Part shown: piece by piece, positions 11,083 to 22,772 of the stretch
Numbering within the stretch: the first letter of the stretch is position 1
Layout: every line of letters begins with the position of its first letter
From: an uncultured Methanoregulaceae archaeon
Lineage (GTDB): Archaea; Halobacteriota; Methanomicrobia; Methanomicrobiales; Methanospirillaceae
Length of the DNA stretch: 64,000 bases
Direction of reading: 5' to 3'
Assembly: GCA_963841015.1 (NCBI GenBank)
Contig: CAWJAX010000002.1
Span: forward strand, 384,001-448,000
The notes under the pieces: generated by a model
Database searches by the model: none
Seen by the model: only the letters and a program-made list of their open reading frames with translations
Told to the model about the DNA's origin: nothing
Program-made: the position numbers and the translations under genes

Positions 11083-11601
11083 CTATCTTGTGATTTCTAT
11101 ACCAACCTCGTTCCTCCGAAGGAATCCGGGAGTCCATGGTGCATTATACCGCATCAGTACAGGATGACCATTGGTTGTGATACCTGATTTTTTAAGATGC
11201 TCCTGCAACCGTGATGTTATATCCTGAACCTCTCCGGGTGAGGCATACCCCTTGAACCGTATGACAGCAATCTCCCGCTGAGGAAGTGAGGTTATTTTCA
11301 CCCGGTGATCCAACGGCTCTGGCAACTCATCAATTTCTTTTTCCTTTGGCATCACAAACGACATTGACTGTGCATCGGAAACAACCGGGGAAGTCATCGG
11401 AATCTGAGTTGATGATACAACCGGAGCAGTCATTGGAATTTGTCTCTTCGTGCGATTGTTCCCGGTGATGTAGGAAAAGAGCAGATTAAATCCACGGTCA
11501 TTGCCAGGGCTCTCAACAGTAGCAAAGACCATACGAGGGTATTTCCGGAACTCGATCTCACCTATCTGTCCGGTTATTTCGTACACAACAGTCTCGGTCA
11601 T
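11083..11601 (-). CDS. SOUL heme-binding family protein
   Basis: EFRKYP, FNLLFSYITGNN, IPMTAPV, MSFVMP, RYNAPWTPGFLRRNEV. Confidence 0.85.
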   Translation of the reverse strand: MTETVVYEITGQIGEIEFRKYPRMVFATVESPGNDRGFNLLFSYITGNNRTKRQIPMTAPVVSSTQIPMTSPVVSDAQSMSFVMPKEKEIDELPEPLDHRVKITSLPQREIAVIRFKGYASPGEVQDITSRLQEHLKKSGITTNGHPVLMRYNAPWTPGFLRRNEVGIEITR

Positions 11602-11803
11602 AATATGTATACCAACTACATCTCGTGGTTTATCTTTCGTGACCTTATGGATTTTTTGGTTACCGGGAATATGTGGTGTGAAATCCCGGGAACCTCCAGC
11701 TACCAGATACAATTATGTGATACCTGAAAGGAAATCCACAACAGATCCCGCAGAGCGATTCTTTATCCTTTATGCGTGACAACCGATAGGAACAGCACAT
11801 AAA

Positions 11804-13171
11804 ATGTCAGCACCACAATATTTCCCCCTGTCCCCTGAAATGTTTGCACTTGCCTGCGAAACGGTCAGCCGTCGTGTTTCACGACTGCCATTTTTAAGAA
11901 GCGGTATTATGGTCACCGGTGAATTAATCGGTGTTGCCATGGAATGCCTGAATGCCGAATTTAATAAAACCCTTATACTCCGCACTCCGCAAGATACGGT
12001 TGAAAAATCCCTTGATGGACTCGACCGGTGTATCGAAGCACGCTTGAAGATCCCAGGAAAAACTGTTGTTCCGGTTATTGTCGATGTGTTATGCAGTGCA
12101 GGTATCGCAGAAACAACTGAAATCATGGACCGTGTTTCTCACAGGCCCCGGAACGGAATCCGGCTGCTTCACCCATGGACGTGGCATGCAGCCTCAGCAA
12201 TGGCGTCGACAATTGGACTTCAGGGATCAGGAAATGACAATGAATCCTCCCTGACCTCCTGGATGAGTATGTGCCCGGTTTGCCGCACCGGGATTTTAAA
12301 CCGGGTTGTCGGAAAACAGCTGTTTGGTATTCCCCACACGGATTTCTACATCGAATGTACTCACTGTGGCGCAAAATTTATTCCCGTCGGTACGCAGTTC
12401 AGGTTAGTATCCATTGCTACTGTCCGTGATCCGCTCTGGAGAAAACACTTAAACGAGACGTTTTCTGCAGAGACGTGGTCAACTCTCGCGCGGGGGACAG
12501 GATCCGGTGTAAAACCGCAGGTGCGCCAAAATGAAAAAAAACCAGCCAGCCAGTCCCGGCAACCACCCCTGGGAGGGCTCACGCAGCTGAAGGATGGTTC
12601 ATTGACTGTACCATTTCAGGAAAAGATCCTCTATTTTAAACCGGTAAAACTGAATTTTTCTGGCCTTGTAAAGGAAGATGCATTCGCCCGGGCGCAAAAA
12701 CCTCTTGAGGATCTCCTGAAAATTCCCGCGTTCAGCCATCTGCTCCCCCATGTGAATGCTAAATACTCCCGCTATCTTTCCATGAAATCAGGTCTCTTTT
12801 TAGGCCAGCTCAAAGAACGCCACGATCCCTTTTACCGGGAATTCCTCAACTCCCACGGTGATGAAAAGTTCGGGACATTCCGGCTCGGGGATTCAAATGA
12901 AGCAGATAAAAAAGGGGTACTGATCGTTGTTGTGAATAAAGGAATTTACCATGCGGTCAACTGCCAGGACACATTCCGTCTCATAATCAACGATGTATTT
13001 GGCAGAATCTCAGCAGAAGACTGTCTGCTGAGCGGGAATAGTACACGCTGCCGGATGAACGCGCTTCTTTCTAATAACAGGAGCGCTTCGGGCGTCTCTG
13101 TCCACCAATGTGAAAATGAAGAAGAGCGGCAGCATATCACTGAAATACTAAAAGGATCAATTTCGATCTGA
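11804..13171 (+). CDS. Hypothetical protein: central Zn ribbon, C-terminal degenerate GIY-YIG-like region
   Basis: 455-aa ORF with CPVC...CTHC; C-terminal KGVLIVVVNKGIYH...INDVFGRIS...CLLSGNSTRCRMN. Confidence 0.7.
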   Translation: MSAPQYFPLSPEMFALACETVSRRVSRLPFLRSGIMVTGELIGVAMECLNAEFNKTLILRTPQDTVEKSLDGLDRCIEARLKIPGKTVVPVIVDVLCSAGIAETTEIMDRVSHRPRNGIRLLHPWTWHAASAMASTIGLQGSGNDNESSLTSWMSMCPVCRTGILNRVVGKQLFGIPHTDFYIECTHCGAKFIPVGTQFRLVSIATVRDPLWRKHLNETFSAETWSTLARGTGSGVKPQVRQNEKKPASQSRQPPLGGLTQLKDGSLTVPFQEKILYFKPVKLNFSGLVKEDAFARAQKPLEDLLKIPAFSHLLPHVNAKYSRYLSMKSGLFLGQLKERHDPFYREFLNSHGDEKFGTFRLGDSNEADKKGVLIVVVNKGIYHAVNCQDTFRLIINDVFGRISAEDCLLSGNSTRCRMNALLSNNRSASGVSVHQCENEEERQHITEILKGSISI

Positions 13172-13281
13172 TGCACATGAAAAGCGCATAGAAACGTGAC
13201 AGATGCCAACCAGAGAATTTTTCATATCTTGTGAGAACATTATAGTTATCTGCTCTGGATAATGGAAAAGGGAGCTCACCC

Positions 13282-14670
13282 ATGAAATGCCCTCATTGTG
13301 GAATGAATATACGTGATAATATTGTTGTTTGCGGCTATTGTGGCGGAAAAATAGCAAAGGAATCAGAGAAATCTCCTTCTGACGCGGGCAGACCGAATAG
13401 CACTGGTGGCAGTACAGGGCAAAAAGGGGCAGGGGCGAAAATTACACAAACACGACAGGAAGACCCTGAAGCCGACGAAGAAGAAGGGGGGATTTCGGTG
13501 TACCTGCAACCGGGAGAACAGGTACTCATCGGATCCCTGAATATCGCAGTAAAAAAATTTTTTTTCCATGCATATCTGACCAACCAGCGTATCTTTTTAA
13601 TTGACACACAGGAAAAAAAGGTTAAGGTTACCGCAAAAGATATTGCCCGTGACACTATCGCCGGAAGCATCATTGAGTATTCGGATAGTTCCGACCCCGT
13701 TCTTGTTCTCTCCCTTAAATCCGCAGATGATGAAATCAAGACGATGAAACTTATTTTCATCCAGAACGGGATGGACCGGTCCGTTGAGATCGACGAATGG
13801 ATCTCTCTTCTCCAGGAGCAGGGCCAGCAGAAAAAAACTCCTGTACAAACTTCTGAAGAAATCCCGGAAACTATAGCGGAATCCGGACCTGTCCAACTGG
13901 AAAAATCCGTGCAGAAGCAGGAACTGCAACCTAAAAGAAAACCGGGAAAAGATCATGAAAAGCAACCGCCGGTCAAACGGCATATCCTGTTCCACAAAAT
14001 GCAGGAGCAGGAACCTGAAGTTGAGGAATCTCCCCCTCCTCCACGACGTGCACAAGTCAGAGAGGTATCGGAACCGGTGAAAAAGCAGGTCACAAAACAG
14101 GAATCCGACAATGAGTTTTCCCCGGTAAAAAAAGCAGATACCTCCCATGTGCGTAAATATGAAGTACAGTCAGCAATGAAAGTCGCAATGAAGAGTGCAA
14201 TGCAACCGCTCAAACCCTCATCGCTTCAAACTGCGAAACGCCCGGTGATAGAACCGGTATCACCCCCCTTGAATGAACCCGAACCAGCAGACAACGGAGT
14301 TTCAACCGCTCATACCACTTCCCAGGAAAAAGCACCGCGAAAGACAGCACAGGACGATGGTGCTGAAATTCCCCCATTCTGCCAGAATTGCGGGAAAAAA
14401 ATCCCTCCCGCAGCCAACTTCTGTCCCGGTTGCGGGACAAAACTGGGAACGCACAGGGGCGTTTCTCCTGACTTAATACCTGAATCCCCTCACAAAAAGA
14501 AAGCGACTCATCATGAGGCACCCGTCCGTGAGAAGAAAGGAGCTCCACGCGATGAAGAAATCGATGAGAATGAAAAGGATGATGAGATACCCGTCCCGAC
14601 AAAACCCCCTGTAAAGAAGGGACCAAAAGGCAGCGAGATGACGATTCTCCATAAATTCCTGAGGCGATAA
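13282..14670 (+). CDS. Zinc-ribbon protein with PH-like domain and long disordered linker
   Basis: CPHC/CGYC at the N-terminus, AYLTNQRIFL, P/E/K/Q-rich middle, CQNC/CPGC near the C-terminus. Confidence 0.75.
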   Translation: MKCPHCGMNIRDNIVVCGYCGGKIAKESEKSPSDAGRPNSTGGSTGQKGAGAKITQTRQEDPEADEEEGGISVYLQPGEQVLIGSLNIAVKKFFFHAYLTNQRIFLIDTQEKKVKVTAKDIARDTIAGSIIEYSDSSDPVLVLSLKSADDEIKTMKLIFIQNGMDRSVEIDEWISLLQEQGQQKKTPVQTSEEIPETIAESGPVQLEKSVQKQELQPKRKPGKDHEKQPPVKRHILFHKMQEQEPEVEESPPPPRRAQVREVSEPVKKQVTKQESDNEFSPVKKADTSHVRKYEVQSAMKVAMKSAMQPLKPSSLQTAKRPVIEPVSPPLNEPEPADNGVSTAHTTSQEKAPRKTAQDDGAEIPPFCQNCGKKIPPAANFCPGCGTKLGTHRGVSPDLIPESPHKKKATHHEAPVREKKGAPRDEEIDENEKDDEIPVPTKPPVKKGPKGSEMTILHKFLRR

Positions 14671-14898
14671 TTCTCTCTTTTTCATTTTTTTAATTTCTAT
14701 CCGTCATACAGAATAGAACGTGGTTATAATTTCAAGGATGGTAAACAATTCCGGTCTTCAAAATGAAAGAGATAATATTGCTGGAGGTAATAGTCTGAAT
14801 TACTCCTAATCATATAAAAACAAAAAACTATTGTAAATTAGAAATCGTTATATGAATTCCAGTCCCTTTTAATAGTACGTATTGTTACGAGGAAATCA

Positions 14899-16101
14899 AT
14901 GAAGAGAAACATCCAGATTGAAGCATTGGCCCAGATTCCTCTGGAAAAACAGCGGATTGAGGTGGTTGAGCGTAAGTGCATCGGACACCCTGATAGTATC
15001 GCTGATGGAGTTGCTGAAGCTATAAGCAGGGCACTCTGTAAGGAATATCTTGAAGAGTTCGGTGCTGTCCTGCACCATAATACTGATCAGGGTGAGATCG
15101 TAGCCGGCGAATCAAATCCAAAGTTTGGGGGTGGAAAGGTCATCCGGCCTATTTTTATCCTGATTGACGGCCGGGCAACAAAACGGTTTAATAACGTATC
15201 CATCCCTACGGATGCAATTGCGGTTGAAGCGACACGGAATTATCTTCGGTCCCATTTCAAGACCCTGAACATGGAACGCGATGTGATTATGGACTGCCGG
15301 CTGGGAACAGGTTCGACTGATCTCCGCGATGTATTTAAGCCTCACAACGGGAGAGTCCCGAGGGCAAATGATACTTCATTTGGTGTCGGGCATGCCCCGT
15401 TTTCTGATGTTGAAAATATTGTAAAGAGTGTCAGCGATTTTATTGATGAGAAACTGCGGCTGAAGTATCCTGCGATTGGGCAGGATATCAAAATCATGGG
15501 ACTTCGCGATGGGAACGCAATCACCCTGACTGTTGCCTGTGCAATCGTCGATAAATACTGTGCGGATATCGGGCAATACACAGAATACATGGCGATCCTC
15601 AAAGAACAGATCGGCAAAGTGGCAAAAAAGAGCACCAAACGAAAAGTAGTTGTGCACCTCAATACTGGCGACGATATCAAAAATGAGAGTATCTACCTGA
15701 CTGTTACCGGCACTTCAGCCGAAATGGGTGATGACGGGTCAGTCGGACGCGGCAACCGCTGCAACGGGCTCATCACTCCCAACCGTCCGATGAGTATGGA
15801 GGCAACGAGCGGGAAGAACCCGATCAACCACATCGGTAAGATTTATAACCTGCTTTCGACCCAGATTGCAACTGATTGTGTGGCACAGGTAGAGGGTATT
15901 GAAGAGATGTACATACGTCTTCTGTCCCAGATCGGTCAACCTATTGATCGCCCGCTTGTAGCAAGCGTGCAGGTCCTGCCGGTTTCCGGTGTCAGAATGC
16001 AGAAGATCCAGGGAGAAATTGAAGGAATTGTCGATCAATCGCTCGAAAATGTAACAGATATTACCGAACGGGTAATCCGCGGCGAGCTCAAAACCTTCTG
16101 A
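14899..16101 (+). CDS. mat: Archaeal S-adenosylmethionine synthetase
   Basis: [49 protein letters not shown]. Confidence 0.96.
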   Translation: MKRNIQIEALAQIPLEKQRIEVVERKCIGHPDSIADGVAEAISRALCKEYLEEFGAVLHHNTDQGEIVAGESNPKFGGGKVIRPIFILIDGRATKRFNNVSIPTDAIAVEATRNYLRSHFKTLNMERDVIMDCRLGTGSTDLRDVFKPHNGRVPRANDTSFGVGHAPFSDVENIVKSVSDFIDEKLRLKYPAIGQDIKIMGLRDGNAITLTVACAIVDKYCADIGQYTEYMAILKEQIGKVAKKSTKRKVVVHLNTGDDIKNESIYLTVTGTSAEMGDDGSVGRGNRCNGLITPNRPMSMEATSGKNPINHIGKIYNLLSTQIATDCVAQVEGIEEMYIRLLSQIGQPIDRPLVASVQVLPVSGVRMQKIQGEIEGIVDQSLENVTDITERVIRGELKTF

Positions 16102-16107
16102 ACACCC

Positions 16108-17022
16108 ATGGCAAAACAGGTAAAAACCGGCCGGAAAAACAGTAAATCCGCCTCTTTTTCAGCTATTGTCCGACTTGCTATTCCTAACAAAGGAAGGATT
16201 GCAGCACCGATTCTGGATCTTGTAGAGAAAAGCGGTCTCCACTTCCCGGAGTTTGGGGAGCGACGGCTGATTACAAAAACGCTCGACCCGCATGTGGAGA
16301 TCCTCTTTGCCCGCCCGGTTGATATTCCCGAATACGTTGCAACCGGTGCTGCTGATATTGGTATCACGGGTCGGGACATGGTAGTCGAGCGGGAGTCTGA
16401 TGTTGAAGATCTCCTGGATCTCGAGTCAGGGAAAGCAAAACTCGTGCTTGCCGTGCATGAAGATTCACCGGTTACATCGGTACAGCAGCTTGCGGGGCTG
16501 AAAGTGGCTACCGAATTTCCCGTCATTACCAGGGAATACTTCGCGAAAAACAAAGTAAACATAAATGTTGTACTGGTTGGCGGGGCTTGTGAGGCGACAC
16601 CGCACCTTGGGATTGCCGATGCAATCGTTGACCTTTCGAGTTCGGGAACAACCTTAAAGACCAACCGTCTCCGTATTATCGATGAGGTGATGGAGACCTC
16701 CACCCACTTGATCGCAAACAAGAAGTCACTTCGGACAAAGAAAGGAAAAATCGATGAGATCCATCTTGCCCTGGAAAGTGTGATCCGGGCACGTGGGCAG
16801 TGCTACCTGATGATGAATGTCAAGCGATCTTCCCTTGAGGCCGTAAAATGTGTACTCCCCGGCCTCTCAGGTCCCACGGTGATGGAAGTTGCATCAAGCG
16901 AAAACCTCGTCGCAGTGCATGCAGTCGTGAACGAGGAACGGGTTTATTCCCTGATTAACTCCCTGAAGCGCGCTGGTGCGAAAGATATTCTGGTGATGGC
17001 GATCCAACGGATGATTAGCTGA
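16108..17022 (+). CDS. hisG: ATP phosphoribosyltransferase (long form)
   Basis: [27 protein letters not shown]-terminal regulatory domain. Confidence 0.96.
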   Translation: MAKQVKTGRKNSKSASFSAIVRLAIPNKGRIAAPILDLVEKSGLHFPEFGERRLITKTLDPHVEILFARPVDIPEYVATGAADIGITGRDMVVERESDVEDLLDLESGKAKLVLAVHEDSPVTSVQQLAGLKVATEFPVITREYFAKNKVNINVVLVGGACEATPHLGIADAIVDLSSSGTTLKTNRLRIIDEVMETSTHLIANKKSLRTKKGKIDEIHLALESVIRARGQCYLMMNVKRSSLEAVKCVLPGLSGPTVMEVASSENLVAVHAVVNEERVYSLINSLKRAGAKDILVMAIQRMIS

Positions 17023-17027
17023 GTCCT

Positions 17028-17738
17028 ATGCGCATTTTTCCTGCTGTTGACATCCTTGGAGGGCAGTGCGTTCAGCTGATACAGGGGAGACGTGAGAGTG
17101 CGACAGTGTTTGGGGATCCGCTTTCCTGCGCAACACGCTGGCTCGACCAGGGGGCAGATGCCCTTCATGTGGTAAACCTTGACGGGGCATTTGGAGGTTC
17201 AGCAAAAAATGCTGAGCTCATCATGGACCTGATCAAAAAAACCGGCGTCGAGATCGAGCTTGGCGGGGGTATCCGCACCTTGGAAGATGCTGCTCAATGG
17301 CTGAACACCGGTGTCTCCCGGATTATTATTTCAACGCTTGCAACCCGGAAACCGGAAAGCATACGGATTCTTGTTGATGAGTATGGGAGTGAACGGGTGA
17401 TGGCAGGAGTTGATGCAAAAGGCGGGCAGATTGCAGTCCATGGCTGGCAGAAGACAGCAGGGGATTATCTGGCTTGGTCACGATATTTTGAAGAACTGGG
17501 TGCCGGCTCCCTACTCTACACCAACGTGGATGTGGAAGGACTGCAGCAGGGAGTCCGGTTCGAGCCGGTCAAACAACTGATTGATTCTGTACGTATACCT
17601 GTTGTTGTTGCCGGGGGTGTATCGGCACGATTGGATATTGCGGGTCTGCGGGATGCCGGGGCGTTCGGAGCGGTGCTCGGTTCTGCCCTTTATAGCGGGA
17701 AGATCACCCTTAAAGAGGCTCTGGAGGAAAGTCAATGA
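17028..17738 (+). CDS. hisA: ProFAR isomerase
   Basis: [28 protein letters not shown]. Confidence 0.95.
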   Translation: MRIFPAVDILGGQCVQLIQGRRESATVFGDPLSCATRWLDQGADALHVVNLDGAFGGSAKNAELIMDLIKKTGVEIELGGGIRTLEDAAQWLNTGVSRIIISTLATRKPESIRILVDEYGSERVMAGVDAKGGQIAVHGWQKTAGDYLAWSRYFEELGAGSLLYTNVDVEGLQQGVRFEPVKQLIDSVRIPVVVAGGVSARLDIAGLRDAGAFGAVLGSALYSGKITLKEALEESQ

Positions 17739-18316
17739 GGAAAGTTACGGTAAAGCGGGAGACAAAAGAAACGAATATCACGATCACCCTGAACCCGGAT
17801 GGCACCGGGAAGGTCTCAGTTGACAGCGGTGTCCCATTCCTGGACCACATGCTCACCGCGATGGCAAAGCACGGGGGTTTTGATTTTTCCTGCATCGCCA
17901 AAGGTGATCTCGGTGTCGACTGCCATCATACGGTCGAAGATATCGGTATTGTGCTCGGGGATGCCGTCAAGCAGATAATTGGTGACGGTTTGGGTATGCA
18001 GCGGTTCGCTCACGCCATAATCCCGATGGACGAGTCACTGGCAACCGTGGCGATCGATTGTGGGGGCCGGGGATACCTCGTCTTTACCGGAAGGTTTGGG
18101 AACAAGACTATCGGGACGATTCCAGTCGAGATCTTTGAGCATTTCTTTTATAGTCTGTGTACCCGGGCAGGTATCACGGCACATATCGATTTTTCCGGTA
18201 AGAACGATCACCACCAGTGCGAAGCAGTATTCAAAGCGTTCGGGATTACGCTTGGCCAGGCGCTTTCTATTCGCGGGGATACAAAAATGATCCGGAGCAC
18301 AAAGGGAAGATTTTAG
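17735..18316 (+). CDS. hisB: Imidazoleglycerol-phosphate dehydratase
   Basis: [30 protein letters not shown]. Confidence 0.96.
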   Translation: MRKVTVKRETKETNITITLNPDGTGKVSVDSGVPFLDHMLTAMAKHGGFDFSCIAKGDLGVDCHHTVEDIGIVLGDAVKQIIGDGLGMQRFAHAIIPMDESLATVAIDCGGRGYLVFTGRFGNKTIGTIPVEIFEHFFYSLCTRAGITAHIDFSGKNDHHQCEAVFKAFGITLGQALSIRGDTKMIRSTKGRF

Positions 18317-18722
18317 GTTTTTTTGCTGTTTTAATTTTTTTCTTACAATGCCTAAATTTTTATAAGTGGTTTATCCTTGCCGTTTCGCTTTACCTGTGAT
18401 GCAATATCTATAAAATGAGTTGGGAAACTAAAAAATAAAAATTGAGAGTTTACATGGGCCGCTCCCGAAGGCGCGGTGCCCCCCCAGCGGACTGGTGACT
18501 TTTAAAAATCCCCCGCAGTGCCTGAAGAGATCTGAAGCGGAAGTCATTCGTAAATAATACAATTTTCATGGATCATGAGTGTACTCGATCGGTTCACATT
18601 TGGTTCGATAATGTCGATTTTTTTAGATCTACCTGTAAAAATTTTAATTTTTACAGCAAAATCTCATGAAAAAATCAAACTATTAAAAAAAAATTTCAAA
18701 TGCACGAGAAAAAGAGTTGATT

Positions 18723-18926
18723 TCAGGATTTTGAAGCCAGGTCAACATCTTCCTTCTTGATCGTCTTTCTTCCCGCGTGCTCAGCGAGCTTGTTTGCTTC
18801 CTTGGTGAGCTGGGCGATGTACTTCTCTGCCTTGACAACAAGGGCTTCAGCTGCATCGCTGCCGACTCTTTCGGCTCCGTTTTTCTTTGCAATCCTTACA
18901 ACTGCGGCGATTGGTAAATCTGCCAT
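18723..18926 (-). CDS. Archaeal histone (HMf family)
   Basis: 67 aa: MADLPIAAVVRIAKKNGAERV...HAGRKTIKKED. Confidence 0.95.
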   Translation of the reverse strand: MADLPIAAVVRIAKKNGAERVGSDAAEALVVKAEKYIAQLTKEANKLAEHAGRKTIKKEDVDLASKS

Positions 18927-18956
18927 TTTTCTAACCTCAAAAAGAAAGTCTATTGG

Positions 18957-18977
18957 TATATATAAATACTTTTTGGG
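18957..18977 (-). promoter_or_regulatory. BRE/TATA promoter of histone gene
   Basis: Minus strand CCCAAAAAGTA-TTTATATA about 33 nt upstream of the ATG. Confidence 0.6.
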
Positions 18978-19122
18978 AAAATACCTCATTTTATTCAGCA
19001 TTACGATATTGGAACGCATATTGTTAAGCAAGTGGAAAACGAAGCGCAAAATTTCGCAGAATATTTTTTAAATACATTAAATCGGTTCATTCTAAAAACA
19101 GATTGATTATAGGGTTTTTAAA

Positions 19123-19887
19123 TTATTCCAACAAAGCAGCAGCGAGCAATAGCGCATTCGCATAATTTGGTGAGGCGCGCGAAGTATCCACGAAAATTCT
19201 GCTGATATTTACTACAGGCGCGCCATGCCCGAGCCCCCCTCCAAGAAAGGTGAGCGTACGGAAGACCAAATTGCCGGAAATCCCGTCTGGTGCGATGATC
19301 AGTCCGCAGGTTTCAACAGCCTCCTCAATCAGGATTTCGCAGTGTTCTGCATCGCCAAGCCGTGCAACCAGTTCTGCGTCGGCCATACTCGCATCCACCT
19401 GGCTGTGTCTGCCAATATCTCCCAACCTGCCGCCGGAAAGGACCCCGACCTTTCTTAAAAGGCCGAATTTTTGCGCAATCACTCGCCCTTTTTTTATCAG
19501 TTCAAGTTTTTCAGGAACTGTCCATCCTTCATCTACCCCAACAGGTGTGAGGAGGAATTTTTTTCCGTGCACTGTCTCAAGCAGAGCAATGCGTTCGAGA
19601 TGATCGACACCCTCTGCTTTTTTTAATGCCCTGAGCGTAGAATTTGCGGGGAGCGTCCCTCGTACGGCAGCATCAATCCTGCGTGCCATGAGGTCGTCGA
19701 TGAGCGCCTGTTCAGGGTTCGTGTGCTCCACGATCTGCACAGCATTCACGACATTTTTAATAGCAACAATTCCCGGACGGCAATAACAGATCGTAATAAA
19801 ATTCCCGCTCACCTGTTTTGCGCTGTCAATAACTTTTTGTGCATCTTCTGCGATTCCGATGCCAATGCGTTTTATCGCGCCAGACAT
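19123..19887 (-). CDS. mtxX: Methanogenesis marker 4, MtxX
   Basis: IDAAVRGTL, PVGVDEG, SGGRLGDIGR, APDGISGNL, FVDTSR. Confidence 0.85.
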   Translation of the reverse strand: MSGAIKRIGIGIAEDAQKVIDSAKQVSGNFITICYCRPGIVAIKNVVNAVQIVEHTNPEQALIDDLMARRIDAAVRGTLPANSTLRALKKAEGVDHLERIALLETVHGKKFLLTPVGVDEGWTVPEKLELIKKGRVIAQKFGLLRKVGVLSGGRLGDIGRHSQVDASMADAELVARLGDAEHCEILIEEAVETCGLIIAPDGISGNLVFRTLTFLGGGLGHGAPVVNISRIFVDTSRASPNYANALLLAAALLE

Positions 19888-20885
19888 GCAACGTCCTCGT
19901 CAGAAAGGTGCATGATCCCGTCTTCGATAAAATCAAAGACCTGCGTTTCCTGCCCGTCGTAGGTTATACGCAGCTCACGTGTGCTGTTGACGGTCCCTAT
20001 TACCTGTGCAGTCATTCCAACACCAGAAAAGAGCCCGATAAGCTCCGGAATATGTGCTTTTTTCGCGGTCAGGATAAAGCCCATGCCCGGGTACATCCGA
20101 ATCCATTGTTCAAATGTCATGTTGTTTGCAGCAAGGTTCGGCCTGGGGATCAGTTCAAGATTGATCTCTGCCCCTTTCCCGCTGACTTCCAGAAGCATTC
20201 CCAGGGTTCCGATAAGGCCTGGGTTGCTGATATCCTTGCCTGCCGTAACCAGGTGACGTTTGCCGATCTCCTCCATCACGGAAATCTGTGACCTGACTTC
20301 CCGGGCTGATTTCATCGTGACCGAGTCCCAGTTAAGAGCGCAGGAAGGGTGAACACGTCCCGAGAGATCGATAGCAGCTACCACACTGTCCCCTTCTTTT
20401 GCAGTATGGCTGTAGATGATCGAGTCAAGCGGGGCTGAACCAAGAATCGAGACATCGATGACACTGTAGGGTGCATCCGGGTGCAGGTGTCCCCCGACAA
20501 TAGGCACGCCAAACTGTGCGGATGCGTCATGCATCCCTTTAACCACAAGTTCCTGTACTGTGGTTTTAGCAATGGAGAATATATCCACCATCGCTATGGG
20601 ATGACCACCCATTGCCGCGATGTCATGTATATTGACGAGCACTGAACAATATCCCGCCCAGTATGGGTCCGCTTCCATGAGTCTGCTCCAGATGCCATCA
20701 GCTGCAAGGAGAAGAGCCTCACCATTGTGCTCTATTACCGCAGCATCCTCCCCGAACGAGGCGACAACATGAGGGGCGTCGATCTTCAAAGCCCTGACCA
20801 TCTCTCCGATGGAATGCTTCCTCCGGACACCCTCATATTCCCTTACTACTTTTGCAATCGTCTCTGTGGAGCAGCTGTGGACCAC
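19872..20885 (-). CDS. Methanogenesis marker protein 2 (AIR synthase-like)
   Basis: [40 protein letters not shown]. Confidence 0.88.
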   Translation of the reverse strand: MVHSCSTETIAKVVREYEGVRRKHSIGEMVRALKIDAPHVVASFGEDAAVIEHNGEALLLAADGIWSRLMEADPYWAGYCSVLVNIHDIAAMGGHPIAMVDIFSIAKTTVQELVVKGMHDASAQFGVPIVGGHLHPDAPYSVIDVSILGSAPLDSIIYSHTAKEGDSVVAAIDLSGRVHPSCALNWDSVTMKSAREVRSQISVMEEIGKRHLVTAGKDISNPGLIGTLGMLLEVSGKGAEINLELIPRPNLAANNMTFEQWIRMYPGMGFILTAKKAHIPELIGLFSGVGMTAQVIGTVNSTRELRITYDGQETQVFDFIEDGIMHLSDEDVACLAR

Positions 20886-20979
20886 GTTATCACCTGAAGA
20901 ATGGATTGTTGATTATTTCGTGTATCGTAGTTTCACTTGATCAGAGATAATTTATTTGATATACAGTCAACGTGTTGGT

Positions 20980-22359
20980 ATGGACTGGGCAGAAAAATAC
21001 CGTCCCGCACGGCTTGAGGATATCGTCGGTAACACAACCGCAATCCGACAAATTGAGGCGTGGGCGAGGAACTGGACGAATAAATCCAAGCCGCTGCTTA
21101 TCTATGGAAAACCTGGTATTGGCAAGACCTCCAGTGCGTACGCGCTTGCCAGCGATATGGGATGGGACGTTATTGAGCTCAATGCAAGTGACCAGCGGAC
21201 TGCTGCCGTCATTGAGCATATTGCAGGAGTCGGGAGTGTCACTGCAAGTCTCACCGGGTCAGCAAGGAAACTGATTGTGCTCGATGAAGCGGACAATCTT
21301 CAGGGAACTGCGGACCGGGGAGGAGCAAAGGCCATTATTGAATGTATCCGGAAAGCACAGCAACCGATGATCCTGATCGCTAATGATCTCTATGGTCTCT
21401 CACCTGAACTACGGTTCCGCTGCGAACCGGTCCAGTTCAAGGCAATTCCGTCCCGTTCTATCGGACCGCGCCTTAAATATCTCTGCGCTTCAGAAAAGAT
21501 TACCTGCAGCGATGCTGCTATCCGTTCAATTGCAGAGAGTGCCGAAGGGGATATCCGGTCTGCGGTCAACATGCTCTATGCATCAGCTATTGGCAGGGAT
21601 CGGCTTGAAGATGTGCAGGTTCATACCTCCCAGAAAGATGAGCGGGTATCAATCTTCTCGCTGATCACCGCTATCTTCCATACCACACCAGATAACGAGC
21701 TGATGCGTCTCTCGTATGATGTTGATGATACTCCGGAAACAATTGAGCAGTGGGTTGAAGGAAATGTTCATCTGCTGCCCACGCCCTCCGCCGTTGCAGA
21801 GGGGTACCGCCACCTCTCTCGGGCAGATGAATATCTCGGATATACCTATCGGAGGCAATACTATACGCTCTGGCGGTACGCGACAGCGGTTATGCTGCTG
21901 GGTGTTGCTGATGCAGCTGGGGGAAAAGGGATCCATACGCGGATTATGCCCCCTGAACGATGGCAGAAAATGTCAACGGCAAAAAAGCAGAAAGCTATCC
22001 GAATCATTACCCTCAACAAGATTGCCGGAACCATGCACATACCACAGAATACGCTGCGCGAGAACTATCTGGACATAATTTCCCTGTTAGTCGAGAATGA
22101 TCCGGCCACCTGGGTGCATGAACTGATGTTCGATGCCGATCAGCTCAATTTCTTCCTGCATGACAAAGTGCGCTCGCAGGAGATCATAAAATCCCTGCTT
22201 TCAGATGAAAAGGCGGGAAAAGAGCAGGAGAAAAAATCCAAAAAAGAAAAAGTCCAGAAACCGGCCCAGCGGGAGCTGGATGAACCCTGCACCTCACCAG
22301 AACCAGAGGAGAAAAAACTTCCTCCCCGATCTCAGTCAACGCTGTTTGACGGGTTCTGA
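20980..22359 (+). CDS. rfcL: Replication factor C large subunit
   Basis: WAEKYRP, GKPGIGKT, ELNASDQR, LDEAD; C-terminal PIP box QSTLFDGF. Confidence 0.95.
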   Translation: MDWAEKYRPARLEDIVGNTTAIRQIEAWARNWTNKSKPLLIYGKPGIGKTSSAYALASDMGWDVIELNASDQRTAAVIEHIAGVGSVTASLTGSARKLIVLDEADNLQGTADRGGAKAIIECIRKAQQPMILIANDLYGLSPELRFRCEPVQFKAIPSRSIGPRLKYLCASEKITCSDAAIRSIAESAEGDIRSAVNMLYASAIGRDRLEDVQVHTSQKDERVSIFSLITAIFHTTPDNELMRLSYDVDDTPETIEQWVEGNVHLLPTPSAVAEGYRHLSRADEYLGYTYRRQYYTLWRYATAVMLLGVADAAGGKGIHTRIMPPERWQKMSTAKKQKAIRIITLNKIAGTMHIPQNTLRENYLDIISLLVENDPATWVHELMFDADQLNFFLHDKVRSQEIIKSLLSDEKAGKEQEKKSKKEKVQKPAQRELDEPCTSPEPEEKKLPPRSQSTLFDGF

Positions 22360-22755
22360 AGCTTTGAAATAGCGGTGAAGCAGAACACCGCAGTCAATTT
22401 TCTCGCCACCATTCCCATAGCATTCAAAACCCAGGTGATAGACGATAAGATCACAGTTTATTGTTTGGGCTAGCTTGAGCAGTGGGGGGATCATCTCGAT
22501 AGCAGGGCGGATGGCGTAGATGACATCTGCGCCTTTATACAGACAGATATCCGGTGAAAATACATCATCTGTTGTGAAACAAAGCCATTCGGGGACTTCA
22601 CAGTCTTTGACATCGGTACAACGGACACGGGTCTCCGCATTGAAGAGAATGCGTGCTGCCTCCGTGTTTTTCCCGATCCCGACCTCAATAGCGTCTGTAT
22701 AATGTTTCGCAATATATTCCCCGATGCACGTCTCAATATGTTTATAGGAGCCCAT
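22336..22755 (-). CDS. UPF0146 family protein
   Basis: EVGIG, TDDVFSP, YKGADVIYAIRP. Confidence 0.8.
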   Translation of the reverse strand: MGSYKHIETCIGEYIAKHYTDAIEVGIGKNTEAARILFNAETRVRCTDVKDCEVPEWLCFTTDDVFSPDICLYKGADVIYAIRPAIEMIPPLLKLAQTINCDLIVYHLGFECYGNGGEKIDCGVLLHRYFKASEPVKQR

Positions 22756-22772
22756 TTAAACAGAATATAGCG

